From NCBI RefSeq assembly GCF_009914755.1, contig NC_060928.1: a stretch of 64,000 bases of DNA. The stretch is one strand, 5' to 3'. The notes beneath the pieces are model-generated. The model had not been told where the DNA came from. It made no database searches and was given only the letters and a program-made list of their open reading frames with translations. Both the position numbers and the translations under genes were made by a program. The DNA comes from the human T2T-CHM13v2.0 reference genome, Homo sapiens. Positions 14,383-30,750 of the stretch are shown in pieces; the stretch's first letter is position 1, and each line of letters begins with the position of its first letter.

Positions 14383-15106
14383 CAGTAGTCCCCTCTGATT
14401 CTTGGGAATATATTTCAAGATCCCCAGGGGATGCCTGAAACCTCAGATAGTACCAACCAATTGCCATCTACCTGTGCAAACAGAGCACATTTCTGTTTGC
14501 CTTTTACCTACAAATTTAATGTCTTCTACCTACAAATTTAATGTCTTTTTCATCTTAACTAAGCACTTATCATGCACTATGGCTGTAAGTTTTTGCAGGT
14601 TGAGGTACGACAGCACAACTAGCACAAATTTCATTTTCCTTCTTCACAATTCCATGGATAGAACATTTATAGATCTTAGCAATCTCAGCATATGATTTTT
14701 TTTTCCTTCTTTAAGTTGAGAACTTTCACCTTTTCACTTAAAGGAAGCACTCTACAGCTTCTCTTTGTCACACCTGAATTGCCAGCATCACTACGCTTGT
14801 GCTTTGTGGTCGCTATTAGGTAAAATAAGTGTGACTTGAAAAGAAGCACTGCCACATCCAACAGTCGATCTGATAATGGAGAAGGCTTCTAAGTGACTAG
14901 TGGGCGGGCAGCATAGACAGCGTGGATCTGCTGGACAAAAGGATAATTCATGTCCTAAGCAGCATGAGATTTCATCACACTACTCAAAATGGCACGCAGT
15001 TTAAAACTTATGAATTATTTATTTCTTTCCACTTAATGTTTTCAGAACTTGATTGATTGATGGTAATAAATCACAGAAGTGAAACTTCGGATAAGGGAGA
15101 CCACTG
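14383..15106. mobile_element. MER44 (Tigger7-derived, TcMar) DNA transposon
   Basis: Termini CAGTAGTCCCC... and ...GGATAAGGGAGACCACTG, flanked by TA on both sides. Confidence 0.8.
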
Positions 15107-15363
15107 TAAATATTGGGCATCCCTAAAAGATTCGTTAGAAATGATCCCTAAGTCACTAGTCCCTGGGGTCCTGATGCAGAAACTGAAACTGAATGAAGAG
15201 AATGAAGTGGGTAAAGATGTTAAGTGTTCTGGGTATTAATTCAACTTAATGTAAGGTTAGGGAGGTAGGCACTACCTCTACTATGTATTATATGATTTTT
15301 TTATTGACGTTGTCTCTTAAATTATTGTATCCTCTAAATTATCTGCACTATTGCTCTTGTTTT

Positions 15364-17003
15364 TTTTTTTTTTTTTTTTTTTTTAATTGATCATTCTTGG
15401 GTGTTTCTCGCAGAGGGGGATTTGGCAGGGTCATAGGACAATAGTGGAGGGAAGGTCAGCAGATAAACAAGTGAACAAAGGTCTCTGGTTTTCCTAGGCA
15501 GAGGACCCTGCGGCCTTCCGCAGTGTTTGTGTCCCTGGGTACTTGAGATTAGGGAGTGGTGATGACTCTTAACGAGCATGCTGCCTTCAAGCATCTGTTT
15601 AACAAAGCACATCTTGCACCACCCTTAATCCATTTAACCCTGAGTGGACACAGCACATGTTTCAGAGAGCACAGGGTTAGGGGTAAGATCACAGATCAAC
15701 AGGATCACAAGGCAGAAGAATTTTTCTTAGTACAGAACAAAATGAAAAGTCTCCCATGTCTACTTCTTTCTACACATACACAGCAACCATCCGATTTCTC
15801 AATCTTTTCCCCGCCTTTCCCCCCTTTCTATTCCACAAAACCACCATTGTCATCATGGCCCGTTCTCAATGAGCTGTTGGGTACACCTCCCAGACGGGGT
15901 GGTGGCCGGGCAGAAGGGCTCCTCACTTCCCAGTAGGGGCGGCCGGGCAGAGGCGCCCCTCACCTCCCGGACGGGGCGGCTGGCCGGGCGGGGGGCTGAC
16001 CCCCCCACCTCCCTCCCGGACGGGGCGGCTGGCTGGGCGGGGGGCTGACCCCCCCACCTCCCTCCCGGACGGGGTGGCTGCCGGGCGGAGACGCTCCTCA
16101 CTTCCCAGACGGGGTGGCTGCCGGGCGGAGGGGCTCCTCACTTCTCAGACGGGGCGGCTGCCGGGCGGAGGGGCTCCTCACTTCTCAGACGGGGCGGTTG
16201 CCAGGCAGAGGGTCTCCTCACTTCTCAGACGGGGCAGCCGGGCAGAGATGCTCCTCACCTCCCAGACGGGGTCGCGGCCAGGTAGAGGCGCTCCTCACAT
16301 CCCAGACGGGGCGGCGGGGCAGAGGCGCTCCCCACGTCTCAGACGATGGGCGGCGGGGCAGAGACGCTCCTCACTTCCTAGATGGGTTGGTGGCCGGGAA
16401 GAGGCGCTCCTCACTTCCTAGATGGGATGGCGGCCGGGCAGAGACGCTCCTCACTTTCCAGACTGGGCAGCCAGGCAGAGGGGCTCCTCACGTCCCAGAC
16501 GATGGGCGGCCAGGCAGAGAGGCTCCTCACTTCCCAGACGGGGTGGCGGCCGGGCAGAGGCTGCAATCTCGGCACTTTGGAGGCCAAGGCAGGCGGCTGG
16601 GAGGTGGAGGTTGTAGCGAGCCGAGATCACGCCATTGCACTCCAGCCTGGGCACCATTGAGCACTGAGTGAACCAGACTCCATCTGCAATCCCGGCACCT
16701 CGGGAGGCCGAGGCTGGCGGATCACTCGCGGTTAGGAGCTGGAGACCAGCCCGGCCAACACAGCGAAACCCCATCTCCACCAAAAAAATACGAAAAACAG
16801 CCAGGCGTGGCGGCGTGCGCCTGCAATCGCAGGCACTCGGCAGGCTGAGGCAGGAGAATCAGGCAGGGAGGCTGCAGCGAGCCGAGATGGCAGCAGTACA
16901 GTCCAGCTTCGGCTCGGCATCAGAGGGAGACCTTGGAAAGAGAGGGAGAGGGAGACCGTGGGGAGAGGGAGAGGGGGGAGAGGGAGAGGGAGAGGGAGAG
17001 GGC
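15364..17003 (-). mobile_element. Full-length SVA retrotransposon (SVA_C/D-like)
   Basis: On the plus strand: poly(T), SINE-R, GC-rich VNTR (~15880-16560), Alu-like domain and (AGAGGG)n hexamers. TSD TGCTCTTGTTTT at 15352-15363 and 17004-17015, ending in the L1 endonuclease site TTTT/AA. Confidence 0.97.
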
Positions 17004-17200
17004 TGCTCTTGTTTTAAAGATTTAATACTGCATGTTAATCAATTTTTTGTTACCCTTTTTGAGTTGACTCTACCTGAATACCATGTTATGATGCATTATT
17101 AAGATATGGACCAAATGTTTATTCCTTCTCAATGATAATGATTGTCTTTTGAAATTTGAAATCTTAAAAAAATCTATTTTGGGGGTACAAGAGAAGATTT

Positions 17201-17532
<332 letters not shown>

Positions 17533-20159
17533 TAGTGGCATAAAGTCTGGGCTTTTAGTGTACTCATCACTGGAATAGTGAACATTGTATCCAATAGATA
17601 AGACAGGTTATCTTGTTGGGGAAAAAAAAAGATTGAAAATGCAGAGTGGAACCTTAACCCTTAATGAAGCAGATTTTTTTTGAAAACAAGAACAAAAACA
17701 AAACAGGCTCCATTATAAGGTGTGTTATTTTCTGAATGAAGCAGTGCCTGCTTTCTTCCTCTCTCCCGCAGATAAAAGGGTGCTCCTTGGGCTTTAAAAA
17801 TTATTTTAAAATTTGTGATGCTTTAATCAATGTTTGCCTAATTGAATTGATGTAAAGATTAAAAAGTGAAGGTTTGGGAACTTTGTGAATAGGTTATGGG
17901 AAACACTCACATGTGATAGGTAGGTATATAATATAATAGTTTATTTTACTTGAGATACTCTCTTCCTGTATTATAACTGCCTTTTATGACCAGAATTCCT
18001 ACCTTAAATGTATTGATGTGTAGGAATATATGTATACTCAAATTTTCATGTTTATAAATAGTGGTGCTTCTATGGAAGTCTTGGCAGTAAGATTAAAGAG
18101 TGGAAGTACAAGAAATGTGAGCTAATAGACCTTAAGAAGATTGAGAGAATTGTCAAGCCCAGCTCCAGACACTTGTTGGGCCCATGAGGAGTATTTTTTT
18201 GTCAGCCAAATTTGAGAAACTCCCTTCTTGAAATCTGCCTCGGAACTGTCCACAATGACAAAACGCTCCTGCAATCCAGAGGCCAAGGCTTAGCCTAATT
18301 GAATGTTAAGCAGCTGAAAGAGTTTGAAACCAGAAAAAGTGTACATAGTGGAAATCCTGATGAGCCCATCATTGTGGTGGTCTCCTGTGGTGGCAATGAT
18401 AATAATAATAATTTATTTAAAATAGCCAAGGTAGAGACAAAAGTTTTTGTGTATTCAAGCCAAACAACTCAGATGAATGGCACCCCCCAGACTAACTTCT
18501 GAGTAAACCATACTGTGATAACGTAAAGCCCATCTGTGTCAGGAATATCGGGAGGTGCCATTAGGCTGGAGGACCTGCATATATTCATATATTGTCCACA
18601 ACCTTCTTTTGGGGTCTGGTTGTCTAGATGGGATGACTCTAGATGACATGTATGCAGGGTGGATTCTAAACCAGAGGTAGAGCAGCATTAGTGTCTGCCT
18701 TTTTTTTTTTTTAAATCTTGTGGTACCTAATTTCCAAAGCCACTCAAAATGACAAACATAAGTGATCTGATTATTATACCAGACGCATATAAAAAGTTTC
18801 TATTTCCTTACAAAGTTTTTCTGGCTCTCAAATGTAATCGCTGTTTTGTTTTTCTGTTGCTGTTTGTTTTAAAGAATCAGAACAAGAACTTCCCTTATTT
18901 TAAAATAAACTATTAGTCTCCGACTTCAGGCACATCACAATGTCCCAAATTAGATTGTATTTAATTCAAGACGAAAATTAAATTGAGTTAAAATAGATGA
19001 ACTCTGCTTTCTTAATAAATTTATTCTTTAAAATGATAAATTAGTGATAATCCTTAACATTAACTATTTTATTTTACCATCATTTTCCTCAACTACAGCG
19101 TTTTCATAGTAATAAGATAATTTATTTTATATATTGGCTTGTCAAGTTTCCTCATCTGCCTTTCCCCTTTTTACCTTCATGACATCCCTATGAGGATATT
19201 GAGAGATAGCATCATTACTCCAATTTTACAGATAAAACCCAGGTTTAGAAGAGTTATTTGTTTTTTCATAAGGCTTGAATCAGATACTTTACAAATAATC
19301 AGACTTGTAAGGTATTTACAGTACTCAATTTCCATGTCATTCTTGTGTAGCAATTTTAGTTTTTAAACTATATTAAAAATTCTTTAGTTTTTGTAAACTA
19401 TCTAAATAACTGTTTTTTTTTTTTTGAAACTGGTGGGCTTAATAGAGACAAATAGGTTACAGACAAAATTCCATTATAAAAATATCACTGCAGAAGAGCT
19501 CAATAAGAAAAGCTATTTCCTTGTCCGGGTGGACAGCCTATAGAAAGTGTCTGATCTAGCTGCAGTGATTTCTGTGGGAAGAAAGCATCTCTGGATTAAG
19601 AAAAATATCAGTGTAACAATAACAACATAACTATTGAATGCTACTCTCATTATAGGTAGGAAAAGGAGAATATAAGGTATTTTTTTTAGTTATGTGTAGA
19701 GTAACAATTATTTATTGTTTCTATCTCAGAAATAACTACTAAAGAGAACCTTTCTTTATTTCAAAATTGCCCAAACAAAGCTACATAAATAAAGATTCTG
19801 AATATAGGACAGAATATTTTTCTGAAAGAAAAAGTGTGTGTTTAATAAATTCCTCATTTCTTTAATGTGTTTTAAATACCTTAGATTAAAATATACTACA
19901 GACCAGGACTTGACTTTAACGTGCATACCATGGGTGGAGAATACCATTTGCTTTTTGCAGATTATGACTTATATGAACAGAATAAAAGCATGCTACATTT
20001 CCCCCATTGTGTTTAGGGCTGTTGGACCATGTGTCAATGGTCCACTTTTAGTTAGCAGTTTTCTCTCCCTTTAAATTATTGTGTTGAAGATCTTCAGATG
20101 AAAATTGCTAATATGACTATAATGACCAGAGCTGAGTTTGTGAGAAGTCAAAATAATTA

Positions 20160-20360
20160 CAGTGGTTCTCAACCCTGTCTGCCCATTATAATGACTTGAA
20201 AACCTCTAAAATATAATGATACTTGGATTCCAAAGATTCTAATTTAATTTGTTTGATTCTAATTTGATTTGTTTAATTTGTTTGGGATGGGGCCTGGGCC
20301 TAGGAATTTTTCCAAGTTTCCAAAGGATCTACAATGTGCAGCCAGAGTTAAGAATCTCTA
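20160..20360. mobile_element. MER5A-like hAT MITE
   Basis: CAGTGGTTCTCAACC...GTGCAGCCAGAGTTAAGAATCTCT; a second MER5 piece (~20370-21145) is split by the adjacent L1. Confidence 0.7.
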
Positions 20361-20413
20361 ATCTAGTCTGTGGTCTTCAAACTTTGGTTACTTTTAGAGA
20401 ATGGGAATTTATT

Positions 20414-21028
20414 TGTTTCTATTAATTTTTGTCTTTGTTTTTCCAACTTTTATTTTAGATAACACATGCAGGTTTGTTATGTGGATATATTGCACTCAGC
20501 TGTGAGGATAGTACTCAATTGGTTAATTTTTCAACCCATACTTCCCTCTCTCTACCCTCTAGTAGTCTGCAGTGTCTATTGTTCCCGTGTCTATGTCCAT
20601 GAGTAGTCAATGTTTAGCTCTCACTTATAAGTGAGAACATGCAGTAGTTGATTTTCTTTGCCTATGCTGATTCACTTAGGATTATGGGCTCCATCTCCAT
20701 CCATGTTGCTACAAGGGACATGATGTTATTCTTTTTATATCTGTGAAGTATTCCATGGTGTATATGTACCACATTTTCTTTATCCAATCCACTGTTGATG
20801 GCCACCTAGGTTGACTCCATATCTTTGCTATTGTGAATAGTGCAGCCATGAACATAAAAGTGCATGTATCTTTTTGGTATACTGATCTATTTTCCTTTGG
20901 GTATGTACCCAGTAATGGGATTGCTGGGTTGAATATTAGCTCTGTTTTAAGTCCTTTTAGAAATCTCCAAACTGCTCTCTACAGTGTCTAAACTAATCCA
21001 TATTCCCACTAACAGCGCATAAGTGTTC
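20414..21028 (-). mobile_element. 5'-truncated L1 (L1PA15/16-like)
   Basis: L1 3'UTR/ORF2 end in reverse; TSD AATGGGAATTTATT at 20400-20413 and 21029-21042. Confidence 0.9.
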
Positions 21029-22421
21029 AATGGGAATTTATTAAGAAAACATATGCTTAAGCCCTACCACCAAGCCTAATAAGTCAGAAGCTATAGGGAG
21101 AGGACTTTAGTATCTGTGTTTTTAAAAGCTTTTAAGAATCACTGACTTATGGCAAGAGTAGAATGACATGATTTCATTAAACCTTAATTAGAGTTAAATT
21201 TTGGTATGGAGCCATTCAGCTGTATAAGGGAAATTATTTTCTCTGGGAATCTCCAGTAGATTCCTGCTAATCATTTGTGTGATCAAGTGTTATATTTATT
21301 TATATCTCAGATTTTTTCAGCTAATACATGAATATTTACTGATTATATACTTTTTCCATCACTTAATTTTTGAAATACTGCTTAATAGTCAATTATTTAG
21401 AAGAAATATTTAAATAGATGGTGACATGTTCCTTTAGATTCAGTTAGTTCTGACCCCATTGTCGTGGTGATATGGTTCAGCCTTCTAAGTGATTTCAAGC
21501 TTTTCCCTTCTCTGAAAGCAATATGAGAATGTATTTTGATATAATTCTTTCTCTTTCAAAGCCAAGTGTGTTTCCAAATACTTGTTGGTTTTTCTTGGTT
21601 GACTCTTAATTTTTAATGATCTTGATGATACTAAAGCCATTTACACCTTTAGAGCTTAATAATGTACAAGGCAAAAACATTCTTTTCTGGGAACTCAATC
21701 TGTTTCATGCATCTATTATTGCCTACCAACCTCTAATAGTCAAAACAGCATAGCATCAAAGGTAATTACAGCTCTTAGGTTGAGTGGGTTTGGTAAGATT
21801 ACTTAGATTGTAGTCATTCTTGAAATTACAGAAATAATTTATTGGTTCAAAATTTTGATAAGTAAAAATAATCCATGGACCACAGTAGAGTAGCTCTTGG
21901 ACAGTAGCACGTGTCTTGAGAAGGGGCAGACTGAATTTTTTTTCCAAGTGAATCACTATTTCTCTTCATGATATTTTTCAGTCTTGATGGGTGCTTCTAT
22001 AAAATGGGAATAATAAAGCATTTGCTAAATTCTTACATAGTTCCTTCAGGGAAAAATATAGGTTATAATAATATTGATAAAATATAAACGCTGAACCAAG
22101 TCTCTATAAAATGTAATTATTTGTAAGAATGAGACAATTATAATTCAAAACATCTAACATTATTTTGAAACACAAAGTGGAAATTTAATAAAAATAACAC
22201 CAACATACTAAGAGAATTTATTTCTATTATTTACGGTAGCCAACTATTTATAGTTACTGAGTCCTGTAGCCACTTCCATGATTGTATATAGTCATACATT
22301 ATGTTAATGGTTACATTTTATTATTATTTGACTATATCCCTATTATTGAATTCTTATGTTATTTATAATAAAACATGACTTTTTCAATTTTTACCACCCT
22401 ATTATTTCCAGATGATATTTC

Positions 22422-24164
<1,743 letters not shown>

Positions 24165-26556
24165 GATGATATTTCGAATCACATTCTGATTGGTTATAAT
24201 ATTCTGGTTATAGCAAACAATGTAATTCTATATTCTAACTATTTTATGTATTTTATATTATAAGAATACTTATTGCCTGATTTTATAAAATTATAAAATA
24301 ATTTTTTAATAGAAACAAATGTTGCAAGACATAAAAGTATTTTAATGATACTTTTAAATTTAGAAAAACTTAATTTAACATATTTAAATAAGGCTATATT
24401 TTCACATTGTTAGGTGTAGAACTTTAAAAAATCTAAATCTATAAACATCTTCAATTATAATAATTTAACAATCTGCATCAATTAGGATTCAAACTACTTC
24501 AGAAAGAAACTATGACATGTTTCCTTTTCTTTGTGAACATTTATACTATAAATCCAAATTACATTATAAATGTTTGATTAAATTGATATCTTCTAACACT
24601 CGTAAAAGATTATATCTCATTAAAAAATTGAAATATACTAAAATAATTCTTGTTTATGCAATTCGAGCATAACTCTTTTAATATATATATTTTTCATTAT
24701 AAAAGTAATTCATAATACTAGCAGAACATTTAGAAAATTATTTGCATTAATCATGGTAAATACTGTTAATGTTTTGTTTTTCTTTCCAGTTCTTTTCAAA
24801 TGAGTAAGTGTGTGTGTGTGTATACACATACTTTTTAAAAGCAATTTAAAATCATATATAAAAATTAATCTTTTAACTTAATTCTATAATAAGAGTTTCT
24901 TCACGTTTGTAACTGTTCTCAGAAAGTATTCCTTTATCAGTGTCACTTTTTTTTCCATTTTAAGTAGTGTTATGGTGAACATTTTTGTACCTAGAATAGA
25001 TTTTTAGAGAATTAAAGGTGTCTATATTTAGATATCACAACCATAATCATATGTAAGATCATGGATATAGAAAAGATATTCTATATAAGCCTTTTTAAAA
25101 CCTATTAGGAAGTTGTTTTAAATGTTAAAAAAATCTTGATCTATGATGTTTGATTGACAATGCATAAAATGCTGTTAAATCTTATTAAATATGGTATTAC
25201 TCCTTCTGACCCTCTCCTTTCAGAATGGTCAAATCTCATTTTCAGCTTGAGCGAGCACTGTCAATAAATGTAAGAAAGCTTGATGAGGGCCTTGGGGGGA
25301 GCATGTCAAGCAAATTGCTGGTTCCTTTGGTATAAGAGTGATTTTGGGGTGTCCTTAGGACACATTAAGCAGTTCAGAGTAGTAGGAGAAAATATATTCT
25401 CTATAGAGAATTTAGAAATTTTCTCAGTTGATCCCTTGATGAAATAAATCCTTATTAATTTTTAATCCTGAAATATGATGGTGTTGTACTGAGTTCCAAG
25501 TAAAGAAGTAAATGTAGTGTCATCTGCACCATTGAGGAGGGTGCGATTTGTGAGACTGTGTATATGATCTTGGCTCCCCCTTGGCAGGCATAAAGACTGG
25601 ATTAGCTCTTGTGCCTTCCTGGGGCTGGAAGCCAAAAGTCAAGATTAAACTAATCTAAATCTTTCCTTTTACAAGTGAGCAAAATGATGCTGAAGGAAGT
25701 TAAACTACTTTCCCAAGTTACATAATCATGTGCCAGAGCTGAAACTTGCAGCGGCAGAGCCCAGCGTAATAACCTTTTCCCTCACCACCATTTAGTTTAG
25801 AGCTTCAGAAGTATTTTTCCATTGTTCGATAATCAAAATAGTAACTTAAATGATAAAAATGGCCCATTGTTATCTGGCTTTTATCTTTTAAAAAAATCTG
25901 TGAAAAGGGTTACTGAAATGATGTATACTTTTCCAAAGGTGTGAAAACAAAGTTATCAGAGGTGTAGCAAAAATTTGTAGTAAGTCAAAAGCGTTAAATG
26001 ATTGAATGTCTTCTTTAAAAAAATCCTGTCAAATCCGTATATTTTTGATGTTATATCAGTTTTTATTTTAGCTGGATCCTTCATTTTTAGCTCTTTAATC
26101 ACACTCAGACAGATCTTGAATGCAAAATTGTTAGTGTGGGTGGCAGAAACAGAGAGATAGCAGCTTGCTTATTTTAATATTTAATCATTTCCCCTCTCAG
26201 CTTGAGTTGAAAAGACAAAAAGCCTGTGAATATATCAAGGAAGACTGTGGAATCCATCGTCCTTCATAAAGAAAAATCTCCTGATTGACCCATTTCATAT
26301 ACCATACAGACATCTTTTTTCCTGGTATTTGATAGTTGATTACTTCCACTAGTTGGTAAAATTAGATGATTTTTATGTTTTTTCCCCCAACCTCTCACCT
26401 TTTTTATTCCAGGGAGATTTGCCCAATCATGGAATGTGTAACTTTCAGAAGCATTGAACTTTTTTTCAATTGCTTATTCATTTGAAGGACTTTCCAATGA
26501 ACCATTAATTATTAGCAGGTTAGTATAATTCTTGAACTGAGATCTGTATTACTTAC

Positions 26557-26855
26557 TGCACAGGGTTCAAAGAGGTGGTGGTACCGCTGAATAATGTTCA
26601 GATGCATTGATCTTCGCAGCCACAGACTTTCTTTCAGATGTTGGGTCTCTGGCTCGGACATCTGTCACTCCCCATGGACCAGGCCCGTCCAACCAGCTGG
26701 ACAGTGCCATTTCCCATCTCATCTCACCTATGCCACACCCTTGGCTGAAGATGATGGCCATCCCAGAGAAAAGAGCCAGTCTTTGGTTGAAGAATGAATT
26801 GTTCATGGAACTCTGGGCCAGATTTTTTCTTCCAGTTGTCTCTGGTAAATTTATC
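26557..26855 (-). other. Candidate exon in apparently non-repeat sequence
   Basis: Acceptor TTTATTCTTAATTTTGGTGGCAG|G and donor GCA|GTAAGT. All three frames contain stops over the full 299 nt, but ATG 26661 is open to the donor (35 aa). Confidence 0.35.
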
Positions 26856-26982
26856 CTGCCACCAAAATTAAGAATAAAGGGGTGAGGATGTAGGGTTTTT
26901 GCAAAGGCACATTCCCTGTAGAATCATTGCTTTTTGTTTTTTTTTCTCTTTCTCCCTTCTCTTTTCCCACATTGTGACTGCT

Positions 26983-26997
26983 GTTGCCCATAGCAAC
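26983..26997. promoter_or_regulatory. RFX X-box motif
   Basis: GTTGCC-CAT-AGCAAC matches the X-box consensus GTNRCC(N0-3)RGYAAC. Confidence 0.55.
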
Positions 26998-28322
26998 CAC
27001 CATTATAACATTCACAGCAGCTTTTACTACAATGTGAGGGAATCCCAAATTAGAAATTATTTGCCATTTCTATATAGGGACACAATTCTTCATTATTTAA
27101 TGAACTTAGCATAGGGTTAAATCATTGAACAGTCTGTTCTGGAGAATTTAATATTTTTACTTGCCCTATAGTTGTTCATTTCTCTACTTATACTGATTTT
27201 ATTGATTGTTTATACCATTTTAATTTGGTAATAGATCCCTAGAGAAACAAGGTCTTTTTGTGTCTTGGCCTCAGATTCATCCCCAAAGTCTCAGTTCAGA
27301 GTGACTCACTTCCTTACTAAAAATTACACATCAGAATTATTCAGCTAGCCCTGTGTATAGTCCAGTAACTATGCTGAGGGCCTTGTATATGTTGTCTAAT
27401 CCTCAACATAATTTTGCAAGGTAGATGTTATTACCTATATTCTACTGATGAGAACACTGAGGTTCTAGGAGGTATTTTCCAAAGGCTTTATTTATAGTTA
27501 ATGAATGATGGTATCTAAACCCTTCAGACCCTAGGCACTGGAGCTCTTTTTGAATCCACACTAACTCTGTTAATAAGAATTACTTGCAGTTCCACTTAGT
27601 TTTAAAGCCCATAGATATTCCCTGAACACTCTTTTTCCTGGATTTGCAACATCTCGTTTCTCTTGAGGAAGAGTCTGCCATTTGCTGACTACCTATCTAC
27701 AGGCATTCATGTAGGTTGGCCTAGTCCGCAATTTTCCCTTACTTCCAAATTTCTCTCTTTAGTTTTTATCTTCCGCCTTCCTCTCTGATTTATGCCATTG
27801 GCTTCCCCCCGGACTTTAATGTTGACACCTTTTGCTGCTTCTACAAGTTCAGACTCTCCAGGGAAGGCTTAAAGAAAATGAAGACTAGGGAGGAAAAGAG
27901 TGAAAAGGGGGAAGAGGTGGTTGTGTTCTGAGCTTGAGACCAATGCTCCGAAGTGGCAGAATAGGAATTGGATAGCATGGAGGAGAAAAACTCAAGCAAA
28001 CCATATCTAGCCAGTTTTTCAAAATATTTTAGGATATCTTGTTTATAGAATATTCATTCTTACATCTAACCCAAATTTGTGCTGTAGAGTGAGCCAATAT
28101 CTTCTTGTTCTGTCCGTGGTAGATATGGATAACAGTTATTCAGCAATCTCCTTTTATATTTGATAATATGTATTATATTTTCTCATATGTAAGCTGAGCT
28201 CTGTAGGAGTACTTTAGTCTCACTAGTGAAAAGCATGAAAAGACTAATATCTAATTCCAAACAGTTTTTGATGCAGGCCCCTGTCATATATATTGTTTTA
28301 TGTAACAATACTGTTAATCTAG

Positions 28323-28620
<298 letters not shown>

Positions 28621-28717
28621 AGACATATAAATTTAAGAGTAACATATTTGTTTGGTGCTGTCACATACATGCTCATATATGTAATTTCATTTTAACTAAT
28701 TAATTAATTAATTAATT

Positions 28718-29042
<325 letters not shown>

Positions 29043-29044
29043 TA

Positions 29045-29345
29045 ATGGTGGGGAGAGTGGGTAGATTTTGGTCAAAAGTACAAAATTTCAGTTAGACAGA
29101 TGAAGAAGTTCAAGGGATCTAGAACTTGTAGAATATGATGCTTATAGCTAATAACGATGTATTGTATACTTGAAAATCAGGAAAATAGTAGATTTTAAGT
29201 GTCCCACTAAAAAAATGATAAGTATATGTGGTAATGCATATGTCAATTAGCTTGATTTAGCCATTCCACAATGCATAATATTTCAAAACATCATGTTGCA
29301 CATCATAAATATATACAATTTTTATTCATCAATTAAAAATTAATT
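29045..29345 (+). mobile_element. L1MA 3'UTR fragment
   Basis: GGTCAAAAGTACAAAATTTCAGTTAGACAG...TTAGCTTGATTTAGCCATTCCACAATG. Confidence 0.8.
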
Positions 29346-29957
29346 TAAAATACAGGTAAAAGGGGAAAATATAAATGGGAAATAAAAATCATGATTACAT
29401 AAAATATCTTAAAGAATACTTTTAAAAAGGGAAAAAGCTGACTCATGAAAATTTAAAATGAACACGTCACAAATTTTATTTATTTTATTAATTGATGAGG
29501 AACCAGCAAAATGTTAAAAACTGGTCCAAAGAGCACTTGATTTGTATTAGATTTATTGCAACTTATTATTGCTGAATTAGATGTAAAATTGGTTAATGCC
29601 CAACAGAGCCATAAAGCATACCTTAGGTTCCAGCAGACAGACTTTATTCGCATTTCTACTGCAAAAAATCTACAAGGTAACCTCTGTCCCAACTGAGTTG
29701 TAAACAGCCACTAAGTAAAAGTTAAGCCCAGCACTGCACTAAAAGCATACCTAGTAATCTCATTTGCCTATTTCCGAGATTCAGACAATTTTTCTGAGAA
29801 ATAATACAAAATTAGTGTGAGGAACCAAGACCAATATGGAAAATAGAACATAAGTACGTAGGCTATAAGGGCATATTGTAATTGCTGTTTGAAAAGTGTT
29901 GTGAATTTTCTGGCAGGCAAAGTGAATAGAATATATAAAAGGCTAGAAGTCTTTATG

Positions 29958-30016
29958 GTTGGAAAGAAGAAATACATTGGTTCCTTTGTTGGAAAGAAGA
30001 AATACATTGGTTCCTT
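29958..30016. repeat. Exact tandem duplication, period 30 bp
   Basis: GTTGGAAAGAAGAAATACATTGGTTCCTT occurs twice (starts 29958 and 29988). Confidence 0.95.
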
Positions 30017-30528
30017 CAGCAAAGGAACATTTTTTCTTTTAAGAGAAAGACAAGTTTATCTTGAGGAGCTTCATATTGGGGGTGGAGGGACAGGGACTTG
30101 GAATTACACACGCCATGGTCCTCAAAAACAGCCTTCTGGCAGGTGCAGTAACAGATGTCATAGGGCTATTTCCTCAACGTACCCTATGATGAAAGACTCA
30201 GACATAACATTAAAATCCACCCAGGGAAAATGATTCCAGTGAGGCAATGGTAGAGTGAGAAAAAAGTGAGCACAAGATAATTATCTGACTTTAAGATGCA
30301 CCTACTTGAACCATCTCTGGCAATTATTCATTATCAAAGAGATGTACAAGAATCACTCAAGGATTGGTGGGCCCCTTTTACAATTCTGCCAAGGGTAGTG
30401 TTAAGGGAGGAGGAGTGGTCTTGCAAGGGCAAGAAAAATAAATTGATATTTAAAATGTATGTAGCATAGTGCTTGGTATAAAGTCAGTGTCCAATAGACT
30501 GTAGATGCTATTGTGATCACTGTAATTA

Positions 30529-30750
30529 TTATTATTTTTTATTTTACTTTAACTTCCAGGATACATGTACAGAATGTGCAGGTTTGTTACATAGGTCTAC
30601 ATGTGCCATGGTGGTTTGCCACACCTATCAACCAATCATCTAGGTTTTAAGCCCTGCATGCATTAGGTATTTGTCCTAATGCTCTCCCTCCCTTTGCCCC
30701 TCACCCCTCAACAGGCCCCGGTGTGTGATGTTCCCTTCCCTGTGTCCATG
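30529..30750 (-). mobile_element. Short L1PA (L1PA8-like) 3' end
   Basis: Reverse L1 3' terminus; TSD TGTGATCACTG(T/C)AATTA at 30512-30528 and 30749-30765. Confidence 0.88.

Noticed and set aside
15391-15612. ORF resembling the LEPR isoform c C-terminus
   Set aside because: Generic SVA SINE-R sequence; several residues differ from the LEPR version as I recall it and no LEPR exons are present, so this is not the LEPR locus.
15880-16560. Regularly spaced repeats resembling a CRISPR array
   Set aside because: Tandem VNTR units without unique spacers, in eukaryotic DNA with no cas genes.
15853-17102. Cluster of long Gly/Arg/Pro-rich ORFs
   Set aside because: Stop-poor translations of the SVA VNTR and Alu-like domains.
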